Source: Parcubacteria group bacterium (GTDB lineage: Bacteria; Patescibacteriota; Minisyncoccia; Moranbacterales; GCA-2747515). From it: a DNA stretch of 64,000 nucleotides. The notes beneath the pieces are model-generated. The model saw nothing but the letters and a program-made list of their open reading frames with translations. It was not told the origin of the DNA and searched no databases. Shown here piece after piece: positions 19,218-29,939 of this stretch. The stretch is taken from contig JBAZXC010000001.1 in the NCBI GenBank assembly GCA_041660065.1, positions 392,535 through 456,534 on the forward strand, written 5' to 3'. Both the position numbers and the translations under genes were made by a program. The first letter of the stretch is position 1. Each line of letters begins with the position of its first letter.

Positions 19218-20036
19218 TTATGCGTTTCTGGCACGAAAATCACTGATCCGCTTGTGTAATTCATCCATTTCCGGATCAAATTCGATCGTAGCCTCACTGT
19301 TTTGAAAGTGTTCCAAAACAACATCCTTTTCTTCATCTTCCTCCTGAACATAAGGAATCGTAGCTATCGGTTCATATACCTCTTCCCGTACTTCATTCAC
19401 ATAATTATTTGTTTTTTTGCCGCCAAATCGTACTGCGGGGAAAAAGTACACGATCACCATCGCGATCATCAAGCCGCCGATTGCACCGGCAATCGTGTTT
19501 GGCGCGATGCGTGGCACTGTCGGTCGCAGGGGTGTGTTTGGTCCGTCGATCAGACGCACTTCCACACGCTCGCCACCACCGTGATACGCCTCACTGTTTG
19601 TCGTCAGAACATATGCGATCGCCTTGGCTGTTTCTTCTGCCGTTTTGCGCGACCCATCATATACACTAATCTTGAGGATGCCGGTATTATTCACTTTCTT
19701 TACATCAATGAATTTTTCCCATTCTTTTTGACGTTGTTCCGGATCGCGGGAAAATGTACGTCGCGCTTCAAACGGCGCGTCTTGCACGCTGTTGAAAAAC
19801 GATGTGGTATAGATCGCCTGTGCAAAGATATTGCTCAAAAATTCCGCAGATTTGGTCGCGCTGAACGCGTCAACCTTTTCATCGGCTTGTTTTTGGACAA
19901 CGATCATTTGTATATCGCTCTGGAATTTTGCCGGAAGCAAAGCGGATATGATAAATGCACCAAGTCCAAAGATAATCGTAAATACACAGATCATCTGCCA
20001 CCGCTCCAGTATATTTTTTATTGTTGTGTGATTCAT
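19218..20036 (-). CDS. Wzz-like chain-length determinant / polysaccharide co-polymerase family protein
   Basis: N-terminal TM (ICVFTIIFGLGAFIISALL), a periplasmic domain, and a C-terminal TM (GAIGGLMIAMVIVYFF). This is the PCP topology. Confidence 0.6.
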   Translation of the reverse strand: MNHTTIKNILERWQMICVFTIIFGLGAFIISALLPAKFQSDIQMIVVQKQADEKVDAFSATKSAEFLSNIFAQAIYTTSFFNSVQDAPFEARRTFSRDPEQRQKEWEKFIDVKKVNNTGILKISVYDGSRKTAEETAKAIAYVLTTNSEAYHGGGERVEVRLIDGPNTPLRPTVPRIAPNTIAGAIGGLMIAMVIVYFFPAVRFGGKKTNNYVNEVREEVYEPIATIPYVQEEDEEKDVVLEHFQNSEATIEFDPEMDELHKRISDFRARNA

Positions 20037-20045
20037 ATGCGTTTA

Positions 20046-20996
20046 TTAATTACTTTTAATGGAAAAATCTTTACCGATATAACTGCCGAAACCTTTTTGC
20101 GATTCCCAGAGTGATGTACAGCTTTTTGCCACATACTTCTGGAACGTCAGACGGATCTTTGGCGATTTCTTGCGCATTTCGAGATATTTGGTCTTTGCGA
20201 CATAATCCTGAAATGCATAGAAAAATGCGATCATAAATCCATAGCGTCCATCCAGAAACCCCAATCGCAACACAAACATATACACAAATCTGATCAGTGG
20301 TGTAAACGGGATAAATGTCCATAGATCTTTGACCACTGCTTTTGCATAATACGGATTGGTCATAAACATCGCCAATGAGATCTTTGTCATACCGTTTTCA
20401 TACACGCGAATCATATAATTTGCCTGCCATGAAGAATATCGGTTGAATTTCTCAAAAAATTGATCCAATGATCGATCGCTGTAATGCAAGATATCTCCTG
20501 CGATATTTTTCATACGATCTTTTGCAAGAATGATATGTGCATGCACATTGCGATCCTCATAACGACATTCCTTGCGGAAAAGTCGAATGTTGTAAAGCGG
20601 ATATCGTCCGCCCCATCGCAAGAACTTCCCCAAGAAATAATGCTTGCGTGCAATACCAAAACCATCGAATTTTTCTATTTCTTCTGATGTAAGCATTGCT
20701 TGGATCGTTTTTTGCAATTGATCCGTAACAACCTCATCACTATCCAAAAGAAGGACCCACTCATGCGTTGCTTGCGGGATTGCCCAGTTCTTTTGTTTTG
20801 CGCTGTAAACATATTCATGTTGCAAAACACGCGCGCCAAGATCCTTCGCAATTTCCACAGTACGATCTGTCGAGAAAGAATCCACAACCAAAACCTCATC
20901 CGCCCATGTTACAGAGCGAATTGCCTGTGCGATCAAATCCTCCACGTTAAATGTAGGAATGATCACAGTGATCTTTTTTTGCAGTTTTTGCGCCAT
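20046..20996 (-). CDS. glycosyltransferase family 2
   Basis: VIIPTFNVEDLIAQAIRSV...LLLDSDE GT-A core. Confidence 0.75.
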   Translation of the reverse strand: MAQKLQKKITVIIPTFNVEDLIAQAIRSVTWADEVLVVDSFSTDRTVEIAKDLGARVLQHEYVYSAKQKNWAIPQATHEWVLLLDSDEVVTDQLQKTIQAMLTSEEIEKFDGFGIARKHYFLGKFLRWGGRYPLYNIRLFRKECRYEDRNVHAHIILAKDRMKNIAGDILHYSDRSLDQFFEKFNRYSSWQANYMIRVYENGMTKISLAMFMTNPYYAKAVVKDLWTFIPFTPLIRFVYMFVLRLGFLDGRYGFMIAFFYAFQDYVAKTKYLEMRKKSPKIRLTFQKYVAKSCTSLWESQKGFGSYIGKDFSIKSN

Positions 20997-21210
20997 AAAA
21001 TATGTTATTATTGCTCATTTATTGGTCAATATGCCTCTTCTCCGCACACTTTCGAGATAACAAACTATATTAGCAGAAAAACGCTTATTTGTCAAGTGCT
21101 GGTTTTTGGCTAGATTTTGCCATTTTTTGTCGTCCTGACGACCATTGTCATTATCGCAAGAAAACCATTATAGCATAATCCACATATTGACAAGATGTAA
21201 CAAGACGAAA

Positions 21211-21244
21211 GAGGCAAGTTGCAAACCTGCTCCTGCAAAATCGC
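21211..21244. repeat. hairpin repeat related to 13934-13965 (copy 2)
   Basis: Shares caaacctgctcctgcaaaatc with copy 1. Confidence 0.45.
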
Positions 21245-21340
21245 AATGACGATGAAGAAACTACTATCTGCATTTATCCCTTGTTGGTGTTTTGACATAG
21301 TGTGCTATAATAAAGATGTTTAATATGTAAAAATACAACA

Positions 21341-21583
21341 ATGGCACAAAAAGTAGCAAAGAAGAAAGTGGACCCACGAGCTCTCGCCAAAAAAGAAGCA
21401 CAAAAACTTCAAATGATGGCAGAAAAGGAAATGAAGAAAGTCAAAAAAGAACTCGTTGCCGCAGAAAAAAAAGTTGCTGATTTTATCAAAAAAAATCCTG
21501 CAAAAGCTGCAGCAATTTCTGCTGGCGCTGGTGCAGTGATCGGCGCAAGTATTGCCGCTCTTCTCACAGGACGCAAAAAATAG
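21341..21583 (+). CDS. small Lys-rich protein with C-terminal hydrophobic segment (hypothetical)
   Basis: 80 aa. Followed by a strong bidirectional terminator. Confidence 0.4.
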   Translation: MAQKVAKKKVDPRALAKKEAQKLQMMAEKEMKKVKKELVAAEKKVADFIKKNPAKAAAISAGAGAVIGASIAALLTGRKK

Positions 21584-21596
21584 ATTATTCTATTGA

Positions 21597-21632
21597 TCAA
21601 AAAATCGCCCCAATGGGGCGATTTTTATTTTA
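21597..21632. terminator. bidirectional rho-independent terminator
   Basis: aaatcgccccaatggggcgattt, A-run upstream and T-run downstream. Confidence 0.6.
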
Positions 21633-22889
21633 TGAAGAAATCGCTTGCATGGGTGAGATTTCCGCTGCCCGTCGCGCAGGATACACACCAAAAACCACAC
21701 CAGCCGTCACCGAAAAGATCATTGCGACAAGAATAGCGCGCGTTGGGATAAAAAAGTGAATGTCATCAAACCCCGCATAACGAATCGCACTAAATGCCAG
21801 AGAAAGCAGGATTGTCGTGATCACGATCCCGATCACCGATCCGGCACATGCGATCACGATCGACTCAATGACAAACTGTTTGACCACATCTTTCTTGCGC
21901 GCACCCAATGCTTTGCGCAAGCCAATTTCCATTCGCCGTTCCTCGATCGACACAAGCATGATGTTCATGATCCCGATTCCGCCCACCACAAGAGAAATGG
22001 ATGCGAGTGCCAAAAGTAAGATGTTTACACCACCCAAAATCGTATCAAACATATCCTGCGCCTCAATGATCGTCATGGCAGAGAAATCATCCTCGCTTGG
22101 TTTATCGATCTCATGGCGCGAACGCAAGATTATGCGCATATCCTCCGCCGTTTGATCGATCTTTGTCACATCCCGTACTTTGAATGTCACGTACCCCAAA
22201 TAATCCACACCAAGAATCTTTTTTTGTAACGTTGTATGTGGCATATAGATCATATCATCAAAAGAAAACCCAAATGATGCCCCACGCTCCTTCAAGATGC
22301 CCACCACTTTATATCGATTGTCATTGAGTGTCACTCGCGTCCCAATCACATCATCTCCTACTGCCGTACCAAAAAGCGCCTCCGCAACAGTAGAACCCAA
22401 CACGATCACATTTTCCGATGTGCGATGTTCCTCTTCACTAAAAAACCGTCCATATGCAATTTCAACTCCAGGATCAACAAGTGGCGCATCAGCACTTGAG
22501 CCGAGCAATGTCACATACCTTTTGACATCCTTATATCGTGCGCGAGCTTGACCGAGTAGACCCGTATTGTATGCCATAACATTTGGCAATAATGCCAAAG
22601 CTTTTGCATCATCTTCGGTAAGTGTGGTGATCTGCGCTCCCATCGCCATACTTGACGCGTTTTCTGTCGAAACGTGGCTTGTCTCCGGCAAAGATGGCTC
22701 TACTTGGATCACATCAGTCCCGAAAGCCTCAATTTCATTGCTAACATAGGATTGAAAGGATTCTCCCATAGTTACAACGCTCATGATCGCCATCACACTG
22801 ACAATGATCCCCAAGAGTGTCAAAATCGTACGCGCCGTATGCGAAAAAAGACTTTTGATCGAAATGATAATGAGTGCAAAAATATTCAT
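21630..22889 (-). CDS. ABC transporter permease, MacB/FtsX family
   Basis: MacB-like periplasmic domain plus C-terminal FtsX 4-TM core. Likely start at MNIFALIIISIKSL. Confidence 0.75.
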   Translation of the reverse strand: MNIFALIIISIKSLFSHTARTILTLLGIIVSVMAIMSVVTMGESFQSYVSNEIEAFGTDVIQVEPSLPETSHVSTENASSMAMGAQITTLTEDDAKALALLPNVMAYNTGLLGQARARYKDVKRYVTLLGSSADAPLVDPGVEIAYGRFFSEEEHRTSENVIVLGSTVAEALFGTAVGDDVIGTRVTLNDNRYKVVGILKERGASFGFSFDDMIYMPHTTLQKKILGVDYLGYVTFKVRDVTKIDQTAEDMRIILRSRHEIDKPSEDDFSAMTIIEAQDMFDTILGGVNILLLALASISLVVGGIGIMNIMLVSIEERRMEIGLRKALGARKKDVVKQFVIESIVIACAGSVIGIVITTILLSLAFSAIRYAGFDDIHFFIPTRAILVAMIFSVTAGVVFGVYPARRAAEISPMQAISS

Positions 22890-22893
22890 ACAA

Positions 22894-24141
22894 TTATTCG
22901 TAACGTAATGCTTCCATCGGCGAAATTTTTGATGCCTTCCATGCCGGGTAAATACCAAAGAAAAACCCCAAAATTGTCGACGTGACCAGCGCCATCACCA
23001 CCATGTCCCATGAGAGGAAAACCGTCCATGTATAACCTTGCGCACGTGCAATATATCCCACGAGATACACAACGCCCACACCGCACAAAAATCCCATGAT
23101 CCCGCCAACACTGGCAATTGTCATGGATTCAAAAAGGAACTGCATGACAATATCTCTTTTGCGCGCACCGACAGCCTTGCGCAAACCGATCTCGCGAATA
23201 CGTTGTGACAACGCGATAAACATGATATTCATCACGCCAATCCCTCCGACAACAAGTGACACAGCAGCAACAGCGGCGAGAAAATATTTCATGATATTTG
23301 TGACATTGTTGATGGTCGACAATGCACTCGCCATATTGCGTATGGAAAAATCCCCATCCTCATCATCAGGAATATCATGTCGTGAACGCAACAACGTATC
23401 AACATCTTGCTCAGTCTGCGCCATGTATTCTTCACTATCCACACGCAAACGAATAAAATTCAAGTGATTGATACCGAGAAGATTTTTTTGCGCTACATGA
23501 AGTGGCACGTAGATCATCTCATCAAAATTAGAAATGAGTGATGACCCTTTTGGCTCCAGCACACCGATCACACGAAATGACTGATCATCGATCTTGATCT
23601 TTTTACCCAATGGATCCGCATTATCAAAGATGTCTTTCGCAATTGTCGGCCCTAAAACAGCCACCGGTGCATTTTTTTCGTCCTCCACGACAGAAAAAAA
23701 CCTCCCGACAGCAATCGTATTGTTTTCCACATTGATCATATCTGCAGATACCCCTTGAAATGTCTGTGATTTTGAATAATTTTTACTTTTGACAACAGCA
23801 TTACCTGTCACATAACCGGAAATCGCAACAGCGTGTGGCACATTACTCTGCTCTTTCATCGCATCAAGATCATCATTGGTCAGTGTCGTGATCACAATGC
23901 CAAAAGCACTCGCAGGTGGCCCATCTTTTTCTGCGGCACCCGGCAAGATGCCGATCAAATTTGATCCCACGGCACGGATCTGCGCCAAGATCAAGTCTTG
24001 CGCACTGGCACCAATGCTCATCACAACAAGAATTGCACCGATTCCGATCACAATACCAAGAACCGTCAATGATGTGCGCAATTTCGCTGCAGAAAAATTC
24101 TGCCATGTGATACGAAGGGATAGGAGAAATTGACGGATCAT
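22894..24141 (-). CDS. ABC transporter permease, MacB/FtsX family (second paralog)
   Basis: Same architecture. Tandem with the previous permease. Confidence 0.75.
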   Translation of the reverse strand: MIRQFLLSLRITWQNFSAAKLRTSLTVLGIVIGIGAILVVMSIGASAQDLILAQIRAVGSNLIGILPGAAEKDGPPASAFGIVITTLTNDDLDAMKEQSNVPHAVAISGYVTGNAVVKSKNYSKSQTFQGVSADMINVENNTIAVGRFFSVVEDEKNAPVAVLGPTIAKDIFDNADPLGKKIKIDDQSFRVIGVLEPKGSSLISNFDEMIYVPLHVAQKNLLGINHLNFIRLRVDSEEYMAQTEQDVDTLLRSRHDIPDDEDGDFSIRNMASALSTINNVTNIMKYFLAAVAAVSLVVGGIGVMNIMFIALSQRIREIGLRKAVGARKRDIVMQFLFESMTIASVGGIMGFLCGVGVVYLVGYIARAQGYTWTVFLSWDMVVMALVTSTILGFFFGIYPAWKASKISPMEALRYE

Positions 24142-24159
24142 AAGAAAAAAATTGTATCA

Positions 24160-24981
24160 TTATTTTACAAGAGTTCCGTTCTGGGCAAAACGACGGTTTT
24201 CCACTTTTTCATCAGCGACAATCTGTCCATCACTGATACGCAAAATCCTTTCTGCATGTTCTGCTGTTTCGTGTTCATGCGTGACCAAAATGATCGTATG
24301 TCCATGCTTGTGCAACCCCTGCAAAATGCGCAGAACCTGTGTACCCGACTTGGAATCCAAATTACCCGTCGGTTCATCGGCAAAAATCACATCCGGATCA
24401 TTGACCAGCGCCCGCGCGATCGCAACACGTTGTTTTTCTCCGCCAGACAACTGGTGCGGCATATGATCAATCCGATGCAACATATCCACATCCTCCAGCG
24501 CTTTTCTCACACGCTCTTTTTTGTGTGTTGACCCCCACAAACGTCCGAGAAATGTTTTTTTATCCTCTGTATCCTCACTATAAAAATCGTATAGAAGTGG
24601 TAGCTCTACGTTCTCTGACACGCTCACCCGAGACAACAGATTAAATGACTGAAAAACAAAACCGATTTCCTGATTGCGGATCCGCGCGAGCTCCTCATCA
24701 TCGAATTCCAAAGCATTTTTTCCGCGAAATGAATATGACCCACCAGTCGGCCGTTCCAATAAGCTTAGCACATGCATAAATGTTGATTTGCCGGATCCGC
24801 TCGGTCCCATGATCGACACAAACTCTCCTCGTCGAATATCACACGACGCATCACATAATGCCTGTGTTTTTGTTTCACCCATATCATACACCTTTGTAAG
24901 ATGCCGGCATGAGATGATCACTTCCTGCACCATAGAATTATTTGGTTTCATCATATATTGCAAAAATTTCCTGTCCTTCAC
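24160..24981 (-). CDS. ABC transporter ATP-binding protein (MacB/LolD-like)
   Basis: Walker [13 protein letters not shown] signature [15 protein letters not shown]. Walker B IFADEPT. Confidence 0.85.
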   Translation of the reverse strand: MKDRKFLQYMMKPNNSMVQEVIISCRHLTKVYDMGETKTQALCDASCDIRRGEFVSIMGPSGSGKSTFMHVLSLLERPTGGSYSFRGKNALEFDDEELARIRNQEIGFVFQSFNLLSRVSVSENVELPLLYDFYSEDTEDKKTFLGRLWGSTHKKERVRKALEDVDMLHRIDHMPHQLSGGEKQRVAIARALVNDPDVIFADEPTGNLDSKSGTQVLRILQGLHKHGHTIILVTHEHETAEHAERILRISDGQIVADEKVENRRFAQNGTLVK

Positions 24982-25933
24982 TCAACCCGCTTACGATCTC
25001 CACATTGCCATTATCTCCTTCCAATCCGCGCGAAATGTATTGCTTTTTATATGTGTCCTTGCCGTCAGCAACATAAACAAAATCACCCGCATCATCCGCG
25101 CGAACAAATCGAACCGGAATTGCCAAGACAGATTCCTTTTGTGCTACGATAATATCCACATCAACACTCATGCCCGGACGCATCCGCTCTTCCATATGAT
25201 CCATTGTGAGGAGAGTGCGATAATATGTCACGTCTTGGATCTTTACAGCCTCAGGGTCAATCTGTGTGATCTGCGCGCGAAAAGTCTCATCATCAAAAGC
25301 ATCAAATGTGATCTGCGCTTCTTGTCCTACATGCATCTTTGGGATATCGGACTCAGACATAAACGCCTCAATGTGCATTGCCGTCGGATCGATCACACGC
25401 ATCACCGTACCACTTGCCACCTCTCCCACACGTCCATCTTGTTGTGTGACAACACCATCGATCGGCGACACGAGTTCTTTTTTCATCCACTGCGATTGAG
25501 TTGCTGATAATTGCGCACGTGCTTGCTCCACATCTTTTAGGATATTATATCGTTCTTCCGGTTTATAGTCCTCCCATTTTCGCCGCGCAAGTTCCTCCGT
25601 AGAAATCGCTTTTTCCACAGTTACCCTCGCACTGTGAATTTGTGCTGCCAATTGATCACTGTCGATACGGATCATCGTTTGACCTTTTTTGACCTCATCA
25701 CCTACATCCGCACCGATCCATTCGATCACACTCGGCACCTCAAAAGAAAGATTGGCATACGATATCGGCTGAACTTCTCCACTGTCGCTCACCGTTTCCA
25801 CAACGGTGTCCTTACCGACAATTATGGATTCATGTTGTTGATCACTTGATTTACCGCCAAACCGTTGCCACAAAAAAAAGATGACAAAAATGGCAATAAG
25901 TCCGTATATGATTTTTTTGATATGTTTTTTCAT
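24938..25933 (-). CDS. HlyD/MacA-like periplasmic adaptor (membrane fusion protein family)
   Basis: N-terminal TM. Biotinyl/lipoyl-like and beta-barrel segments typical of efflux adaptors. Confidence 0.65.
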   Translation of the reverse strand: MKKHIKKIIYGLIAIFVIFFLWQRFGGKSSDQQHESIIVGKDTVVETVSDSGEVQPISYANLSFEVPSVIEWIGADVGDEVKKGQTMIRIDSDQLAAQIHSARVTVEKAISTEELARRKWEDYKPEERYNILKDVEQARAQLSATQSQWMKKELVSPIDGVVTQQDGRVGEVASGTVMRVIDPTAMHIEAFMSESDIPKMHVGQEAQITFDAFDDETFRAQITQIDPEAVKIQDVTYYRTLLTMDHMEERMRPGMSVDVDIIVAQKESVLAIPVRFVRADDAGDFVYVADGKDTYKKQYISRGLEGDNGNVEIVSGLSEGQEIFAIYDETK

Positions 25934-26027
25934 AGAAGCGTTATATTTCCGTATTCACATTATTTAACTGATTTAACATAAATGTCATTTTTTCTTTTAT
26001 ATAACAATTATTTAAAAGAAAACTTCT

Positions 26028-26087
26028 GTCATCCTGAACTTGTTTCAGGATCTCACATCTTAGATGCTGAAACAAGTTCAGCATGAC
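26028..26087. repeat. nested-palindrome intergenic repeat (second copy, variant right arm)
   Basis: Left arm gtcatcctgaacttgtttcaggatct. Right arm agatgctgaaacaagttcagcatgac. Confidence 0.7.
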
Positions 26088-26154
26088 ATGAATCTTAAAT
26101 GAACTCTATTAGTATTCATTCTATCACATTCTTGCTGCCATCGCCATCAATTTT

Positions 26155-27288
26155 TTATTTGATCACCGCCGCAACCGCTTGTGCCACGCGCGCATCAAAA
26201 GGATCCGGGATTACCATATCAACAAAAGGCTTCTCCACACACGCAGCGATGGCATATGCCGCGTTGATAAACATGTCTTCTGTAAATTGCGCAATGTGAT
26301 GATCCAATGCTCCACGAAAAATACCTGGAAACGCTAGCACATTGTTTACCTGATTTGGGAAATCACTCCGCCCAGTCGCAACAATAAGAGCGCCTGCTTT
26401 TTTGGCGATATCTGGCATGATCTCCGGCTCAGGATTAGCAAGCGCAAAAATGATCGGGTCTTTTGCCATCAGTGCGATATGCTCTGCCGTAAGCAAATGA
26501 CCAACTGATACACCAATGAACATATCTGCTCCAACAAGAGCGTCCTCCATCATGCCGGAAACCTTGCGCGGATTTGTTTTTCCCGCCATCATTCTCTTGA
26601 CATCGTTGAGATTTTCACGATCTGCCGTTACAATTCCTTTGCTATCTGACAAAATAATATCCGTAACACCCCACTGTAATAAAATATTTGTGATCGCAAT
26701 ACCAGCGGCACCTACGCCGTTGATCACTACTTTAAGTTCTTCTTTTTTACCGCCACGAATTTTGACTGCGTTGATGATCCCTGCGAGAACGACAACTGCC
26801 GTACCATGCTGGTCGTCATGCATCACGGGTATATCTAATTCTTTGCGCAGACGTTCCTCGATCTCAAAACATCGTGGCGAACTGAAGTCTTCCAAATTGA
26901 TTCCACCAAAAACCGGCGCGATCCGTTTGATTGTCTCAATGATTTCTTCTGTATCTTGCGTGGTGAGACAAATTGGAAAAGCATCCACATTGGCAAAACG
27001 TTTGAATAACGCCGCCTTGCCCTCCATCACAGGAATTGCCGCATACGCACCGAGATTGCCCAAACCCAAAATCGCACTCCCATCCGATATGACAGCAACG
27101 GTATTTCCCTTGATCGTTAATTCTCTCGCCATTGTCGCATCTTCACTGATCGCACGCGATACACCGGCAACCCCGGGCGAATATGCCAATGAAAGATCAT
27201 TTTTTGTGTTGAGATCGACTTTCAGACTGAGAGAAATCTTGCCGTGCGCCTTTTTGTGCAGTGCGATCGATTCCTGGTAGATGTCCAT
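26155..27288 (-). CDS. NAD(P)-dependent malic enzyme (short form)
   Basis: N-terminal LSLAYSPGVA and the GLGNLG...NGVGAAG Rossmann motifs of malic enzymes. Confidence 0.8.
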   Translation of the reverse strand: MDIYQESIALHKKAHGKISLSLKVDLNTKNDLSLAYSPGVAGVSRAISEDATMARELTIKGNTVAVISDGSAILGLGNLGAYAAIPVMEGKAALFKRFANVDAFPICLTTQDTEEIIETIKRIAPVFGGINLEDFSSPRCFEIEERLRKELDIPVMHDDQHGTAVVVLAGIINAVKIRGGKKEELKVVINGVGAAGIAITNILLQWGVTDIILSDSKGIVTADRENLNDVKRMMAGKTNPRKVSGMMEDALVGADMFIGVSVGHLLTAEHIALMAKDPIIFALANPEPEIMPDIAKKAGALIVATGRSDFPNQVNNVLAFPGIFRGALDHHIAQFTEDMFINAAYAIAACVEKPFVDMVIPDPFDARVAQAVAAVIK

Positions 27289-27311
27289 ATTTTTTGTAAA
27301 TTTTTATTTAT

Positions 27312-27430
27312 TAGGACTTATGCATTTACATTTAGAAACGTCATTCCGGACTTGATCCGGAATCTAAGATTATACGAACTGATATTTTTTAGATCCTGAC
27401 TCAAACTCAGGGTAACAGGTGCATAAGTCA
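27312..27430. repeat. MITE-like element with TAGGACTTAYGC terminal inverted repeats and two internal hairpins
   Basis: Left TIR ttaggacttatgcat and right TIR tgcataagtca. Internal hairpins attccggacttgatccggaat and cctgactcaaactcagg. Fills the intergenic gap. Confidence 0.5.
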
Positions 27431-27435
27431 TATAT

Positions 27436-27984
27436 TTATTGAATGTGTGAAATAATGTCTTGTAATGTCGTACTATTTGTCCATCGTGCGATTTCATTAC
27501 CCGCCTGATCAACCTGCACGAATGTGTGTTGTTTGTCCACATGATACTTCTCTCGCAATTGTACATTTGTATCATAATCCACCGCATAGATTGCAACAGC
27601 TGTCGGGATTGTTTTTTGCTCCGCAGTCACGTCATTCTCCGCAGTGACACAACTAGGACACCATGGTGCTGTAAAAAAGAGAATGTTCTTTTCATGTTTT
27701 GCGATGGAGCTCTCATCAAATTTTTGATAGACTCCTGGCACATCGTTTTCCACCGTAAGCATTTTTTCACCTGTTTCTTTGAGTTTTTCTCCCACTGCCG
27801 TACGACCCTCTTCTGCCACTCTATCGATCACCTTTCCCCCGTTTTCTTTGAGCGCTTCCTGGGCTTTATTTTGTACATCTTCTGTGATGTTTTGATCATT
27901 GAAGGAAAACATCGTCGCAGACAACCCGATCACGATCACAATGAGCAGAAGAAGGAGTATTTTGATCCCGCCTTTGTGCGTCAT
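27436..27984 (-). CDS. membrane-anchored thioredoxin-like protein (TlpA/ResA-like)
   Basis: N-terminal TM. WCPSC active-site motif. Confidence 0.65.
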   Translation of the reverse strand: MTHKGGIKILLLLLIVIVIGLSATMFSFNDQNITEDVQNKAQEALKENGGKVIDRVAEEGRTAVGEKLKETGEKMLTVENDVPGVYQKFDESSIAKHEKNILFFTAPWCPSCVTAENDVTAEQKTIPTAVAIYAVDYDTNVQLREKYHVDKQHTFVQVDQAGNEIARWTNSTTLQDIISHIQ

Positions 27985-28037
27985 AATTATATATTATTAC
28001 TTATCCTCTCTTATCATACTCGCTCAACACCCATTTG

Positions 28038-28070
28038 GCAAAACCAAAAGTCGAGGACTGTCCTCGACTT
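28038..28070. repeat. 33-nt direct repeat with hairpin (caaaaccaaaagYcgaggactgtcctcgactt), copy 1
   Basis: Second copy at 29106-29140. The two flank the 28145-29002 gene. Confidence 0.6.
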
Positions 28071-28077
28071 GCATAAA

Positions 28078-28112
28078 TAAAAAAAGACGGAAATGGTTCT
28101 TCCGTCTTTTGT
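28078..28112. terminator. bidirectional rho-independent terminator
   Basis: A-run, gacggaaatggttcttccgtc, T-run. Confidence 0.6.
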
Positions 28113-28144
28113 ACACTTTTCAGTGAATTTAAACCACATGCACT

Positions 28145-29002
28145 TCATTTTCTCTGTAGTATTTTCCTCCCTATTGCCTCTATACCTAAGCCAATAAGAA
28201 AGCAACAGGTGGAGATCATGATAATGAAAATAACATAATTATTTATTGCCGCATTTTCCCATCCTATACGAGCGGCAAAAACACTTGAGTAGCCACTCAT
28301 GATCAGTCCACAATACGCACCAATAACCGCCCCAATCCAACCAAGAACAGAAGCGCCGACTACGATTCCAAAAAGAAGACTGACGATCATAGCCAGCAAA
28401 CAACCGTTAGTGGCATAATGTACCCCAAGATATGCCCCGCCTAAAACAACAAGTGGCATGCCTACATAAAAAATCAACAAACGCTTAGTGTGTCGCGTAA
28501 AGACCATTATAAACAAAAGGATAACGACCACATCTCGAAAAATTACTTCTGACAGAATTGCATCCCCGATCATGGCAGGTGAAGATTCTTTGGTTACAGA
28601 AATTTTTTTCTCCTCATTCAAGACAAACTTCCATTTTTCAAATGATGTCTCAACCTTAAGAGGATGATGCCAAAAATACACTTTTTTTACATTTTCATCT
28701 GTCCAACCATAATAACCATGCGTTGGCAGAAACTCTGAAATTTCCCCCTTGACCAATCGACTTAATTCCATCTCATAATGACTGGCTTTGATCTTTTCCA
28801 CATCGACCGATGCATCAAAGATATCTTTATACGTCTCCAGGATCTTTGGCTTTGCCGGCAATGCATAAACCACCAAATCATTGCCATCGATCTCCACTTG
28901 CGGATAAAGATATTCGTCCGGAACGGCATCAGCAATGGAAATCGCGATATTGCACATACTTACGATAACTACCAAGACCATCAATGCGATTATTCTTTTC
29001 AT
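28145..29002 (-). CDS. hypothetical protein with N-terminal extracytoplasmic domain and C-terminal polytopic membrane domain
   Basis: Start MKRIIALMVL preceded by ggaggaagg. Four or more C-terminal TM helices. Confidence 0.45.
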   Translation of the reverse strand: MKRIIALMVLVVIVSMCNIAISIADAVPDEYLYPQVEIDGNDLVVYALPAKPKILETYKDIFDASVDVEKIKASHYEMELSRLVKGEISEFLPTHGYYGWTDENVKKVYFWHHPLKVETSFEKWKFVLNEEKKISVTKESSPAMIGDAILSEVIFRDVVVILLFIMVFTRHTKRLLIFYVGMPLVVLGGAYLGVHYATNGCLLAMIVSLLFGIVVGASVLGWIGAVIGAYCGLIMSGYSSVFAARIGWENAAINNYVIFIIMISTCCFLIGLGIEAIGRKILQRK

Positions 29003-29105
29003 CTTTCCTTCCTCCAGTTTTTTATGTAGGATTTTCATCACTGTAGTTGACAAGGTACTTCGACGGAATATAGCACAAATTTTAATTTTTGTCAAGCCAC
29101 TTTTT

Positions 29106-29140
29106 CAAAACCAAAAGCCGAGGACTGTCCTCGACTTTTG
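29106..29140. repeat. 33-nt direct repeat with hairpin, copy 2
   Basis: One mismatch relative to copy 1. Confidence 0.6.
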
Positions 29141-29174
29141 GTTTATACTCTACTTACAGAAGTATTCAGGAGGT

Positions 29175-29867
29175 TTATTTGAATTGCGCTTCGCAATCGA
29201 TCTTGTCTTGTCCGGAAAGCATGTTACAGATCTGTTTCATGTCCACACCGCCACCCGCACCAGCACCCTCTTTTACCGGAGCGCTCATTTGTTCCATCAT
29301 TGCGCTGAGATCTGTGAATGTCACATTCGTCGGCGGGACAAATAGCGTCGCATCTGCATTCCATTTCTCGCAATCATAATTGTATTTCGCATTCATATCC
29401 ATTGCACCGTCACCTTTTATGTCCCCAGTATTTTCCTTTTGGATATTTCCTGCCGCTTTTGCGAGGTCTTCTTTTTCCATCTTCATCTTTGTGCCTTGTA
29501 GAGATGTTGACGTCCACATATATAACCATGTTCCATCGCTGATCGCATATGCCTCACCGATCTCCCCATTCACACCAACGGGCATATTCATCGTCTTACT
29601 GTTCATTTTTTCCCCATCAACATAGGTGATCCCACTCATACCGCTCTCGCCATCCTCCCATGTACATTTCACCGCGCCACCCATGAGCATGATGTCTTTG
29701 ATGCTTCCTGTCACTTTTTCACTTCCTTCTTTTACCTCTGCCACTTTTTGTTGTGCGGTATTTACCGTTTCCTGTATTTGCTCCTGTGCCGGCAATTTTG
29801 CACTGCATGCACTCAACATGATCACTGCTCCAAAAAGCATTGTCATGACAACGATATTCTTTTTCAT
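29175..29867 (-). CDS. lipoprotein (hypothetical)
   Basis: MKKNIVVMTMLFGAVIMLSACSA lipobox. Confidence 0.5.
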   Translation of the reverse strand: MKKNIVVMTMLFGAVIMLSACSAKLPAQEQIQETVNTAQQKVAEVKEGSEKVTGSIKDIMLMGGAVKCTWEDGESGMSGITYVDGEKMNSKTMNMPVGVNGEIGEAYAISDGTWLYMWTSTSLQGTKMKMEKEDLAKAAGNIQKENTGDIKGDGAMDMNAKYNYDCEKWNADATLFVPPTNVTFTDLSAMMEQMSAPVKEGAGAGGGVDMKQICNMLSGQDKIDCEAQFK

Positions 29868-29939
29868 ATGTTGTTATTTAGCTAGTTATTTATATGCCTG
29901 TATTATACATGCAGTTTTTTATAGTGACAATATCTATCC

